64,000 bases of DNA from Botryllus schlosseri (lineage: Eukaryota). The stretch covers positions 2,852,001-2,916,000 of the forward strand of contig CM119386.1 in assembly GCA_051294905.1 (NCBI GenBank), written 5' to 3'. A model generated the notes under the pieces. The model had not been told where the DNA came from, ran no database searches, and saw only the letters and a program-made list of their open reading frames with translations. Each line of letters opens with the position of its first letter. Position 1 is the stretch's first letter. Shown one piece after another: positions 47,972 to 61,377 of the stretch. Both the position numbers and the translations under genes were made by a program.

Positions 47972-50900
47972 ATGAGAGAGAACTAGCTCCAATAACACAC
48001 GTTAGTATTACGCACAACGGAATCCACATTTCAAAAAGGTTCAATAAGGCTCGCCGCTAGAACATACATATTCGCGGTGAAAGCTACTCTACTTACAAAT
48101 ATTGGATAATCGTTGGTTGTCAAGTAACGGGACTAAATACAGCGAAGCAAATGAGTCATCACATATCCTATCATAGATTTGCTCACGTTTTGCAAAAAAT
48201 AGAATCAAACGTTCCAGCCTGCAAATCTCTTCAACACTCTCAGCCATAGTCGGTGTTGTAGCTACAATAATCTGAAAATGAAGAAACATCACATGGCCGG
48301 TCCATGCTTCATGCAAAAGGTGCAATAAACTTCCAATGATATCAGATTTAATTCTCATAAAAAGATAAATTCTATCACGTAATGGCGCAAAATCGACTTC
48401 CATCGCAATGCACGATGCATTTCCAATTGTTTTGGTTGCATTACTACATTTCGAGACGAAAAACATAACTACCACGCGCCGCAACGTTTTTGCCTAATTC
48501 CAAATTCAAACAAAACACAGGAAACCATCAATTATGACGACACAGTGTGATATACAAATTGGTAAACCCATTATGACGCCATAAATAATGGTTAATCATG
48601 GGATTGCCTGGTCTTTTGATCTGATTTCATTGCGCGGCATTAGCCTGCTAATCATAGCGTGGCATCCGTTACCTCTCATGTCTGGAGCAAGTGGATACTG
48701 TACACTCTACTGTACGTGTATACACATTTAAGGCAAATGACTCGTAATCAGCTAATCACGCATGCGTCGTAGTGAGACGATTTTATAATCTTACTCTGGT
48801 GAAAACGTTAACTCCCTAGCCGCATTTCAGAGACTTCTGGCAATATATTTCGATGTTAGAAATGGAAATTTCACACCTGTTAGGTGAAATTGATCCCATT
48901 AATGAGTCTGCGTAATAGCGATGTTGTCTGTTCGTTTTGAATTCTAGTAGTAAGCGTTGGGCAGGTGTGTTGTGTGTGGTATTCATGGTGTTTGTCGACT
49001 ACTATGGCTATTTACACCAGGCCAATTTTCTTCATTTCTATTCCGTAGATCTCGCCTTGTATAGCACGGCCCACTTTTGTGCTTTTATAAGACACGGCTT
49101 GCACGGATAAGATGACGAGAAGGAGCCTTGATAAACCTTCAACACTCAAGTGTAGGAATTCCGGAGTCGACCTCGGTTACGGCCAAAACTTGTTTTCGAT
49201 CTGCGCTTAAATTTGAGACCCCATCATTTTTAGAGCGCAGTACTTCTTTGTACCCGCAACTGAAAGCGTACGTTAGGATTGTCATGTATATAATTCATTG
49301 TTAGCGAATTGCTATAATTCGTCATCATGCTGTTTCCTTTATCCGGTGACCGCAAATTCTAATTGGTCGTCATTGTCAACAACGAATATTACATTGATTA
49401 TGAATACATATAGATACACTTTCAGATACTGTATAGTGTATATAAGAGAGTAGCGTGTCTGAAAAGCAAGAATATGTGATAATACAATTATGTAAAGGGA
49501 GAAAAATCAACCCTCATGAATCCGCTCAAACAAGCTTTATATTTCATTAGATATTAATTTATAGTACATAATTTCCATGTCATTGCTGGGGTCGTAATGA
49601 ACATTGTAGATCAATCAGTTGCGCTTGTTCGTTCAGAGGCTGCTAGGCCTGCAGTACCAGGTTATTACGACGGGTCGGTTAGATTTAGACGCTAGGAATG
49701 ACATCCCGGGATTGCTTTTAAAACTGCCGATCAATAAATGCGTTTTTTTTTATCTCCTGGGATTCTTTCCAATCGATAGCCAAAGCGCGCGATTCTCCCG
49801 CTTCTCAGCTCCTACAAGTAGAATCGATGGGAATTCAATAACACTGAATACCGCATATCTACCTGGCCTCAACGGAACAGTTGTTCCTTTAACGGAATAG
49901 AGTCTGCGGCCTCACAGGAAACTATATGGCGTCTCAGGAAGCGTGTAAGTAGCTTTATTTCAACTTTCTGCCGACTGCACGGCTGTACGCTGGCAATGGA
50001 CCGACTTGTCATTTCTGGGGATGTAGTTCAGGTGAAGATAGATTCTATGAAAGAAATATTGGCCAGGCTTCAACATGGTAAGACGCCGACTGCTGCGGAC
50101 TATAGCACTTTGAAGAGCTTGACGAAATACTTCAAGGAAATACTAATCAAGTATGTTAATTGCATACAACCGATACAGGTTAAAATCGACCTCCGTTCCA
50201 AGGGGGGATTGCGATATCAAACTCGCTGTGCTGCTAAACTGGTCGATGGCTAGCTCAATAGCGTGGGATTGGGTGAGGTTTTGACAGGCCTACGTTCGTA
50301 TGATTCCGTGACTGTCATTTGTGGCAGTGGTAACCGGTGGCGCAGTCATGACTTTCCTATATATCTTATTGGGCTAATAGTCCAAGCATGGGATTTTAAC
50401 CAGACAACTAGCGTTCCCCTTAGTAGCTAACTTTGTGATCTCCACCCTAGGTGATCTTTTCGCCTCTTTAGGTGTTCCGCGTCATGAAAATCAATATTGA
50501 TAATGTTGAATTGTTCAATGTTCACCCACTATCTGTACGTCTCTCTAACTGTCTTGCTCCTATACTACGATACTTTCCCCTGCTTGGCTCAATGACTCAC
50601 CTTTCCGAGCATTTTGAATCGACTACATTCGCACGGAGGTTGGCGTTTGAACGGGTTTAACTCCTGTTGTGGCTTTGAGAACTGGGTAGCCCAGATAGTC
50701 CTACGGCGTGACAAGTAGCCTATATATAACGGACCGCAAACACGAGGCCAAGTCAATGTACTCACAGAGAACATAGACAGTTACACACGTACGATGCTTG
50801 TGCCTACTTTCATAAATATATTTTGGCTTCTATCCCAAAGAGAAAAACAGTATATTTGTCTACCTGTCCGTTAATTCTCAGGGTACATAAAGCAAGAGTC

Positions 50901-51463
50901 GTCAAAGGCAACGCCAAGCCAACACTCTGGCTACAAGCCAGAAGATCGAGCGATGCCAGCGCTTGGCCTGAATATTTGGCATCGTTCGCCCCGTTGAAGT
51001 ATTGCCAGTTGCACGACTTATCACTGTCGATGATGCAATCTATTCCATTCGCCCCGGAAACTAAAGGTAACCGACTACATAGGCTTCTATAACTTCTTGT
51101 AATGAATGAACACATTTTATTGTGTTGTGATGTCTCTATACTGTCTACATATTCATCATCATCATTGGTATGGTAAATTGGTTCGGTAAATTGTCATGTC
51201 TATGACTGTTGTTTGGGACTTGAATGACACTCAGCCGTACAGCGTAAGCATACAGAGATGCACAGATTGCACACGTTTAATTTTCTATTGTCACTATGTC
51301 TACACGAGATATAAAATGCGATAGCCGTTACCACGTGATTGATATAGCCAATATATTAGTTTGCAAACACAAACTCCGTTATGCCTTCCGGGCTGTCCAT
51401 TAGATGTGGTCAATGACGAAATAATTCTAAGGTTTTACCTAGTGTTTTTGTACTACTTATTCA

Positions 51464-52912
51464 CAGGGCCGTAACAGCACTTCGTCAGCCCCCCCCCAAA
51501 ACGTTGGTCTTGCGCCCCCCTTAGGGTGGTAAACAGAACTTCTGGGAAGCCCCCCAGACCCCCCTCCGACTATGCGCAATTTACATTGGGTATACGCTGT
51601 TTCTTCATGAGATGTCCGTTTAGTGAGTCTGCTTTGCCCGCCTAATCGCGCGAAGCGCGAGAAACTTGTACAATTCATGACTGAATCGGTTAATATGACG
51701 CTGTTTATACATTGAGTGTCCGTTTAGTAAGTCAGCTTAGCTTGCTTAATCGCGCAAAGCTCGAGAAATTTCTATAATTCATGACTGAATCGGTCAGTAT
51801 TATCGGTATTGCTTGTATATTGCTATCAATTTTTATCCTCTCTCTGCTCCCGTAATCTTATTTACCGGTAGAGCTGAGTAAGGTGTGCTTGAAAAGGTAG
51901 GACCCCTCAATAATAATTGAACATCTCCGGGTGTATACCCGCTGGCAGGAACGAAACAGCACTTCGTCAGGCCCCAAAAAAACTTGAGTCTTGGGCTCCC
52001 ATAGGGTGATAAACCGACCCCCCCCCCAATCACGTTGTTCGCTTTTGCCACAAAATTACAGTTGTACTGTTCAGTTAGCCAGCGCCAAGCGCGAAATCTT
52101 TTGATAATTCATGATAAAATCGGTCAATAAGATCGGGAATTGCATATATATTGCTATTAATTTCTTGTCCTCTCTACTCACGTAATCAGATTTACCGGTA
52201 GAGCTGAGTGAGGTGTCTTTGAAACTGTAGAGCCCGTAGATAATAATTGAAAATCTTCTGACGGGCGGACTCGTTGGTATGACTTCGTTACATGATGTTA
52301 TTTCGTGACCTCCTGTCTGCTATATCAAAAAATATAGAATCGCCCAAACGTACTAGACTAAAAGATCACACGATTTCAAATTGGTATTTCTTCACTGGCA
52401 TCTAATTTTTTCTTGCGGGATGGTATTTGTCTTGTGAGGTTCAGATTACCAAGACAGGAACATTCGGCGCCAGTCATTTAGGCGCCTATGGACAAATAAA
52501 CCTATATGTATTTCGTACATATAAACCTATATGTCTTTCGTATATATAACGTAGTTTTCGGTCACCATAAGGGCAGTCCTTTTCGGCCAAGGTTTCTCGC
52601 TGCCGATCGTTCTGGCACACTTCTTGGAGTCGCGTGTTACATGGCCTGAAACTGTATATGTCTTGGTGCGTCGTGGCGTGGTATTGGCCAACGCCTATAT
52701 GCATATTTTCATAAATCTTGCGTATTTTTCCTTGGGGGAAGAGTACCCAATCATAACATTTGGCAACGTGAAATTGCGCGCAGCGCGAAAATTTTGTGAA
52801 GAAGTTGCATAAAGTTTCTATAATTTATGCTAATTCACCAAAAATTTTGGGGCCCCTTTCGAGCTCGCCCCCCCCCAATTGGGGGGTTTGGGGTGCGGCA
52901 GTTACGGCCCTG
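51464..52912. mobile_element. Family A element (reverse orientation, perfect TIRs)
   Basis: Perfect 12-bp TIR CAGGGCCGTAAC; perfect TSD CTTATTCA. Confidence 0.96.
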
Positions 52913-55900
52913 CTTATTCAATTGTTTATGTTTTCTCTACTTTACAGGTTTTTAGGCAAAACTACGTACTTATAGATTTTGGATATTGTGAAGTAAAAAG
53001 TAGTTCTTGGATATGCTTGCATCCGTTTTACGAGTGAAATTGCAATGACATCCGGGTGAAAGAGTGCCTGCGTATCACGATGACTGAATCTATTTTCGAA
53101 CTTTGCACCTATTCGTATGGTGTCATTGATCATTTTTCGTTAGTTGGAAATATGCATCTCGACATTTCGAAAGTGGAACCTACTTTTTGTAGTTACTTAC
53201 TTAAGTACTTTTCACATCTTCATTTTATACTTCTATTTGAAGTAGTTTTGACGTGCTTTTGAAACTGCTTCTTCTACTAATATTTGAATAGAAATTTGTG
53301 AAGTTACTTGTACTTCTACGAGTTGCAAATCTGACTACTTAGAGCACTAGTACTGTGCATTACCGGCAAACTATCGATAAAAGTTGTAATTTTGCATCCG
53401 ATTCCTTCACAGATGTCTGCGCTTGTATTATCGAGCTGCTCTTTCATACAATGATTTTCGTGGAAGACAAAATCAGAAATGACCTTCCGTTGCAATTAGC
53501 CTATCTTCTTTCTAAAGCAGACTTTGAGTTTCATGCCCTCATCGTTGATGGGCTCAGTGATAATCTCTTGCCAATGTGCTTCGGTAAGTGCCGGTATTGA
53601 AGAAAGATTTGAATTTATACTAGTTCGGCTGAGATACTTGGTACATTTTTGGCAATAGAAAGAATGGCACTATTCATGAATCTTTTCTTAGCATTTTTGA
53701 AGTATATACATTCCTCTTTCAGACTTCATTTGTTAATTGGTATGTAATTTCTAGGTAGAATATATCCTTGAGGGAAATGACCATCTCCATAGCGCAAATA
53801 AACCCCACTAATAATAATTCATGTAGTGCCTTACGATTGCACCCCTTTTAAACATCAGTTTGTTTTCTGCTTCAATTAAAGTTATGCATTGTCTAATATT
53901 ATTTTTATGAATCAATATATGGTTGAACGTTAAGAGCTGCGTATAGAGTTCCTTGCCTCATAATGTTATTAGTCTTTGAAACACATTTCCAATTACCTTT
54001 TCATATCCTTGTATAGTCTGTCTTTAAACAGCAATTCTACTTGTTTTTGTAATCTAGTTCAACTTGAACACTACTTCTACTTTTATTTGAATGTCTGAAA
54101 TAATAACTCAAGATGTTGATCACATTGTTTGCTCACCCCACATCAATGCCCCTTGATTGATATTTCTTGAATATATCCCTTGCCGATGTCTGTGGAAATA
54201 TTCACTATCTGCCTGCTCTTGCTCATCCTATTAGCAACTGGGAGCCTAAATTTAATATCATGCCGCACAGCATGTAGACCCGGCGAAATACCTGACGAAT
54301 ATTTAATTGCAACGATTCCTACAATCGCCTCGGTGATGTTTGAATTTGTCATGGACCCCTTGCTTCAAATGAAATTGCTTGACTGCCTGATGGTTTATAA
54401 AAAAGATCTTTGGAAGGTATGTGTAGGCTTACAATAGACTGTAGTCTAACTGAGGGTTTGTAACTTTGCGCTGCTTTACAGGATCTTCTCATGGTTATCG
54501 CGTTCTGCTCAAAACCCATCAAGATATGTGCCGTGAAATACCTTTTTCACTACTGGCCTGAACTAAATTCCACGATGGATCACACTGTCTTATCAAGTAC
54601 GAAACATACTATAGCAGGGGTCACCAACCTTTTCGAAACCAAGAGCTACTTCTTGGGTACTAATTAATGGGAAGGGCTGCCTAGGTACTCTCTCCATTTA
54701 TCGATACCAGGTTGAATTTCTTCACTTGAACATTTGTTGCACTGGGTGGGGTTTCCTGACCAAGTAAAGATAACTCTCCTCGGTAGTCACGCCAGCGTCT
54801 CCGAGTTGATGACTCCTGTACTATAGTCAACCAGTATGTATTTCGTCAAACACATAGTTCATATCTACACATAGGCTACTCACTAGTCTTTGCGTTAAGA
54901 CTACTTCCACTTCAAAGTATTCAGTTTTAAGGATGATTGAGATGCTTTCTATTCTTGAAATTTTTTCAAGTATAATTTATGTTTGAATAAATTTGTGAAG
55001 AAATAATTTCCCCGCTAGCATAGGCAAATAATTACTATCATCGTAACATCGAATCGATGTAGAGATCGATATCTATATAATTATACATGCATTATACATG
55101 ATACATGATTTCTGTGAAAGCTAGTTGTGACATAGTATACAGTGACCAAATCGGTGAGTGCAATGACCATACCATGGTGTGAATAAATCCTATTAGGCCG
55201 CAATATAGATAAATTGACAATCGAAAGAGCAGGGATTACTTATAAACATATTACTTGGAGCTAGCACCAATTTTCTAGCTGTCAAAATTTTGCAATTAGG
55301 TTATCACTCATGATATTATTTTGAAATTAAGTCCTAAATTGTATTCAATTTCAACGCAAGGGTTGTGGATTTATTAGCATAGAAATATTCTAATTTATAC
55401 AAGACTATGCGTTACAATTGGGTTTCATGACATCATATTTCAATGTAGTACTGCTTGAGAATAAATGTTTTTGACACCATATGATCAGCATCCTTCATAT
55501 AGGGGTGAACGTTCCAAACTGCGAGAGACATGACTGTTCTTCCGTGAATGCTGATATTGCTGCAACATCCCTGCTATTCGATCCCACATTATCAGCACAC
55601 TATGGGCTGAAAAATGCACCATTGTACGTCTGCGATACATGCATGGTATGTTGCACTCTTTCGAAATCTCTTAGTTTTATGGATACTGAGATTATGTTGT
55701 TACAGAATTACATTCACGAAAAAAATGAAGACACCTTTTTTATTTCCGTTCTACTGCAAAACGAAACGATGAGCTGTTTCTGTGAGAACAAGGTTGAAAA
55801 TTTTTATCCATGCTATAAATGACACATTTAAATTTCCATTCATAGTAATGAATACATGAACTATCGCCATGGCATGCCTGTTGTCAGAGTCATGAGCTTG

Positions 55901-57586
55901 GCGTTCACTTGAAATATGTTCGATAGACTACGATAAATGCACAAAAAATCGAGGTTTAAGATATCCTACCGTGTTTGAAAACTTCCTATATAGGACAACT
56001 TTTGTCTACTAGATGAAAAATGTGGGCTTGAATGTGGGTTTTAGTATAGTTACTGTAAATAACTGCACCTCATCTTGTCAAGAATTTAAATCAATTTTAT
56101 TAATTGAAATCAGGTAGCCATGGTATTCCCCTTTTCCCATTCGATTGAACGAACTTTGTAAGTGTAGCAAGGAAGATGCTGCATTTTTGTTCAAAGTATT
56201 TAAAATTTAGAATATCTACAACCATAATCATAATCATGGCCACACAACCATATTCATTGCCACAGTGGTTATTGACAAATGGGAACTTAAATCTTCGATT
56301 TCATTGCAGTATTGCCTGTCACAAAACAAGCAAGCCTCCGTTACGGTCTGCGCAAATTATATAACAAACAAATTGGAAGACGTATTGGGTGCATCATTAC
56401 CCAACAAGCGCAGGACGAGATACTGTCTCGAGTGCTTTAATAATTTCTCAAGATGTTTCGGTGACGGCAAGCTGTTGGTGCAACATTCGATGATAAATCC
56501 TTGCCATTATTCTGGGGATGATGATTTAACTTTGATGGTTGCTGGCATAACTAGGTAAGTTGTTTGATTTAAATTCGATTCCAACAGTTGAATATATTCT
56601 TCTCAAAATCATGTTATTCTTATTGTTCTTACGTTCCGATAGGTTAGGGCTAGGCCATATTTTTGAACAGAATAAAAGTCGTATTACTGTTTCCGCCTTA
56701 GCATAATAAATTACTTTATAAGCAATCTCTTGAATAGTATATTCATTTCAATTTGAATATAATATACAACTGTATATTGAAGTTCTGTACCTCCAAGATC
56801 TTCAAGCAATCTCTATGCATCACTCTCATCGGACTTAGTTAATGAGCTCATTTAGGATTCTTTGTTCGTGATAAATATGTGCTGCTTTCATATCAGGCCA
56901 TCGCCACCCAGTCGCCTACATACTGTTAAATGTTGTTTTACGTCCTTATAAAAGAAAGAAAGGTTCTCAAATTAATCTCTCACTGGCCTACTGCCTAATA
57001 TGCAATTATCCCAACAGCTGGCCCCCCATTACTTTCTTGACGACACAATGCAGAATTAATGAGACGATATCAATATTTACATAAAAATATTGGTCTAACT
57101 TTTGCGAGTAGCAGTTTTTTTTACCTTGGTAATGGAATTGTACTCATTATTTAGTTTGCTGAATGAAAGATATTTCTTACCCACCGATCCGGCCTTAGAG
57201 GAAAGTGATGAAGATCTTACACGGTCAAGTTACTTCTATGTGTCAGCATTCGGAACAGACTCGTCAGCTTCACTATCAGAAATCAGAGCCAGCTCTAGTA
57301 TGCTCTTGTTATTACGCTGTACAGATGTGAATATAAAAGTGTTGTTGTTTGATAAATATGAGTTATTTCAACCGTTATAAGCAGTAGCACCTAGAGATTT
57401 GGTCTTGTATTTCAACTACTGAAAAATTTCGCCTTTCTAGCGTCCTGCATTGGTCACAAAGGTTGATTTTTCGATTTCTCAAATGTTGAGAATTTGTGAG
57501 AAGGTATATTCACTGCAGAAGTAGACTTTTTTAAAGTATAACTAACGGAAATTCGATTGCTATCAGTGACTACGTTGTCATGGGAC

Positions 57587-58506
57587 CGGACTTGGGAAAC
57601 TAGATAATTGAGTATTGCTTTCACAACTACATTCATTGCAGTAACGAATTTATTAACTCGAAGACTTTTCGTGTGCCCCTTATCGAGAGTTAACGGCACA
57701 ATAATAAGCATACAGAGAGAGATTCAAACGAAAACCAAAAAGGCAAAGTATGACGTAATGACAGTTATTCACTGTGATTGCTAAATGCAGATCTGCCTTC
57801 CATCTGTCTGTCTTGGAGTCAACTATAATAAAATTGACCAATCCTAATTTATGTCGGCAGAAAGAGTTTCTATATAATCTCAAAATTTCCCATTAATATA
57901 TACCGCTATTTGTCTGTGTGTTGTCTTCCGTGTATCATAGTATAATTTGATTTTCTCTCGTCTCTTGTTATGACTACCGGTACAGCTGACTTTGCCTAGC
58001 GTTAATTTTTTATTATTGTATTATTACGTCATACTTTGCCTTTTTGGTTTTCGTTTGAATCTCTCTCTGTATGCTTATTATTGTGCCGTTAACTCTCGAT
58101 GAGGGGCACACGAAAAGTCTTCGAGTTAATAAATTCTTTACTGCAGTGAATGTAGTTGTGAAAGCAATACTCAAGTTTAGTACCGCCAACCATATTTTCA
58201 AACTAGATAATTATAGTTGTCTAATAAATATAATTAACGCTAAATGCTCGTGATCTAATTATAATCTAATTTGTAAAATGTATTTATGCTATAATTTTAA
58301 TTCTAATCTAATTTGTGGTTTTCCTGAAAAATGCTACATTCTCATGAAAATTAATTCTGATGTTATCTGAACTTAATTCAATTTCCATATTTTTGCGAAT
58401 TCAGTATTCCGAATTCTTAATCTAATTTGGGAAGAACTGTTCAACTATAATTCTAATTCTAGTCTAATTTGGAAAATCTGAAATTTTTTGTTGTTGTCCA
58501 ATTCTG
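57587..58506. mobile_element. Family E element, second copy
   Basis: Ends CGGACTTGGGAAACTAGA / GTTGTCCAATTCTG; CTAATT repeats; TSD CATGGGAC/CATGCGAC. Confidence 0.8.
57608..58174. mobile_element. Foldback element with 152-bp inverted arms
   Basis: 57608-57759 and 58023-58174 are reverse complements (3 mismatches seen); 263-bp spacer. Confidence 0.9.
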
Positions 58507-59277
58507 CATGCGACAGCATGGCCAGTAACTGGCAGCTTAGCCGTTGACTGTTGCAGTCGGCGCATACAATACATGTGGAGCATGTCGAGATAATTTGTGG
58601 AATACCAAAGGTGGCGTCCAAGGTCAATTTGGGATATGGATTCTCTTATCTGTGTGGAAATGGGAGAATCAAATGATATTGACGCAGGTAATGATACTGA
58701 ACGACATTGTATAAAAATTTTCATTTCCATGTAAGATAAGCAGTTGGGGAATTGTTAGTACTGGTGTCACATTTTCAATATTTAGAATGCCATAAATCAC
58801 AATATCAATGGTGATGTTTACACAAAACTCTAATTTTGCTCTTTCGTTACAGCGAATAGATGAACAAGTGTGTTTTCCACTGTAAAAGTTATTGAAACTG
58901 ATTAATTATGGATTAATTGGATATATTTTGGTGCAGGTTCAGCTGAAAAAAGTATGCTCAAGTGTCATGCAATGGTGTACCAATATGACATGCTTACCCG
59001 ACGGTTAGTATCCTCAGACACTAAAGCATTAGTGATATTATACAGAGAATATATATCATTCAGATGCGTACGGCAGCAAAATTGAGAATCTCAAAATTCA
59101 GGTAATGTTTGCCAGCTTATAAATGTAATTTTCAATAATAAAAACGTGCATTTTGTGTTTTACTAGCTCTTTTACTTTTCAATGCATAGAGATATAAAAA
59201 TCATTGTTGCATTACCACGAAATTATGCATTGAAAAATCGAATTATTGAGCATGAAAATTAATTTATGTATATGCTA

Positions 59278-60970
59278 CAGTGGCGGCTCGTCCTATAGGG
59301 CGAAAATCGAATTCTCTTCTGTGTTTTTGCTTTGCGAATGCCTAGCCGGGGCATGCCCCGGTAGCGCTCATAACAAGCTTTCACTGTCTATTCTCTCAAA
59401 GCTGCGCACAATAAAGAAACGGTGATTTACTCTCTCCTATTCATAAAATTACCGAGCAACCGGGGCACAATAGCTCTGTGCCCCTAAGGTGTGATGTAAC
59501 AATCGTATCTTTAGCTGAACTCGGTTACCGTCATATGCGTTTTGTTGACATTTGCTGGTATAGGTCGATTTTGATGGTGTTTCACACCATAAAAACTCTT
59601 GAAACTTGGTATGTCATGTCGTGATGGTGGTATTTAACACTGCCCCAAGTTTCAGGGTTTCTACTTAAAGTTTAGGGTAGTAATTCCGTTTCCTAAGTTG
59701 AGTGTGTGCTGATCCGTCATGTATCGCAAACAGATTTTACTCAAAAGCCGGTATTGGTATCCATTGATTTTGACGATGTTCAATACTAAGATCGGTTATG
59801 ACATCTGGCACGGTAAGTCTTAATGGTAGTATCGAACGCTGTACCAAGTTTCAAGTTTGTCACTGAACTTTGTTAGTGGTAATTTCGTTTCCTAATTCGA
59901 GTGAGAGCTGACTCGTCATTTATCGCTGACAGATTATACGCAAAGCCGGTATTGGTCTCTATTGATTTTAACGATGCTCCTTACCTAGATCCGTCATAAG
60001 CTTTTGCACGGTATGTCTTGATTTTAGTATCGAACGCTGCGCCAAGTCTCAAGGTTGACACGCAATGATTAGGGCAGTAATTTCGTTATCAAGGTCGGTG
60101 TATCTGCGGTAACGTTAACTGAGATGATGATATCATTCTCAATTTGCATTCAAATATTTACTTTGATATTATATTCTCCAATGTCAATTTCACCGTGAAA
60201 TTGTGGCCTTCAAGCCATTTGCTTACAACACCCTGTCACGCGCGATAGCTATTTAGTTTTCGATGGCGGCTAACAGCTGACCACTCGATCAGCCTATTCC
60301 TCAGTAAATTTTACACAAAATTCGGTGTTGGTCTGTTCGCATTAATTTTGACAGTGTACCATACCGAAAAGGGCCATGAGGCTACTTCTCGATGATGGCA
60401 TGTAACAGTGTACTAAGTTTAAGGCTTGCATCCACGTATTTATTCGGTAATATATTTTCTAAAGGCGATTTCGCAGCAGACCTATAGACAGTAATAAAGC
60501 CGTGTGTGTCGTGTTACAGTCTCCAGTTTCAAGGCCAAAATCTCCTATGCTGTACCGAGACCGAATGTCCGAGGCTGCTATTCTTAGTTCTTCAGAATGA
60601 TGTTTTGGATGCAATATGGCAGGCCCAATCTATGAAATATCAATTGCATATCTGTCCGAACTCGTTGACCTTTCAAATTAGGCTTACGCTATCTCTCGAG
60701 TTATAGTCATTTCCAGGTCTAGTGCGAACATGAACCGTGTTGAATATTTGTTCCGTACGCCGTTTACGCAGTTACCACACTTCAAGTCACAGCTCACCGG
60801 CGGACCTCTCGTGGCACATACGTTAAAATCACTGTTGCCGGCAAATTCATGTTACCGTACCATCACCAAGTTACTTGTTTACGTTGGAAAACGCCATTGT
60901 GACGTTAACTTAATAAAAAGTCGCTTGCAGCCCTTGCCCCAACACCCGATATTGTCACGAGCCGCCACTG
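59278..60970. mobile_element. hAT-like element carrying a ~198-bp tandem array
   Basis: Perfect 14-bp TIR CAGTGGCGGCTCGT; perfect TSD ATATGCTA; CCAAGT anchors at 59645, 59844 and 60042. Confidence 0.94.
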
Positions 60971-61377
60971 ATATGCTAGCATTGCTACAGACTGTACGCA
61001 ACATTTGGAGGTGGATAAAACTATCAACGTAGGATCTAAGAAATAGTTTCATAACTTTTTAAAGTATTCAGAGTATATGTACCGGATTTAAGTTCACGAC
61101 AACTTCAGATTTCTTTATTTCAGCTTATCAGGGACTGGCTTGATAAATTCAGCGTTTATTATCCTCTCGAATTCAAGGAATGTTTACTCCCGCAAGGATT
61201 GCTAAAAGACGTGTCTCGTCAATGGTGAAACAATCAATTTTGAAAGAGAATCATTTCATCTGATATATCATCAGATTTTTTATTGTTGCAATATATTGAT
61301 TTTCATAATGTTATTTGAATGACAGAGTATATCGGCGTCTTCCTAAAGTGAGGTTGCCATAGAGAATCAGCTATCAA

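Noticed and set aside
53360-53480. Resemblance of FHENHC...DICEGIGCKITTF to the TTC3/DZIP3 cysteine region
   Set aside because: Only a few recalled residues match, it lies upstream of the TPR exons (wrong order for TTC3), and the frame is broken.
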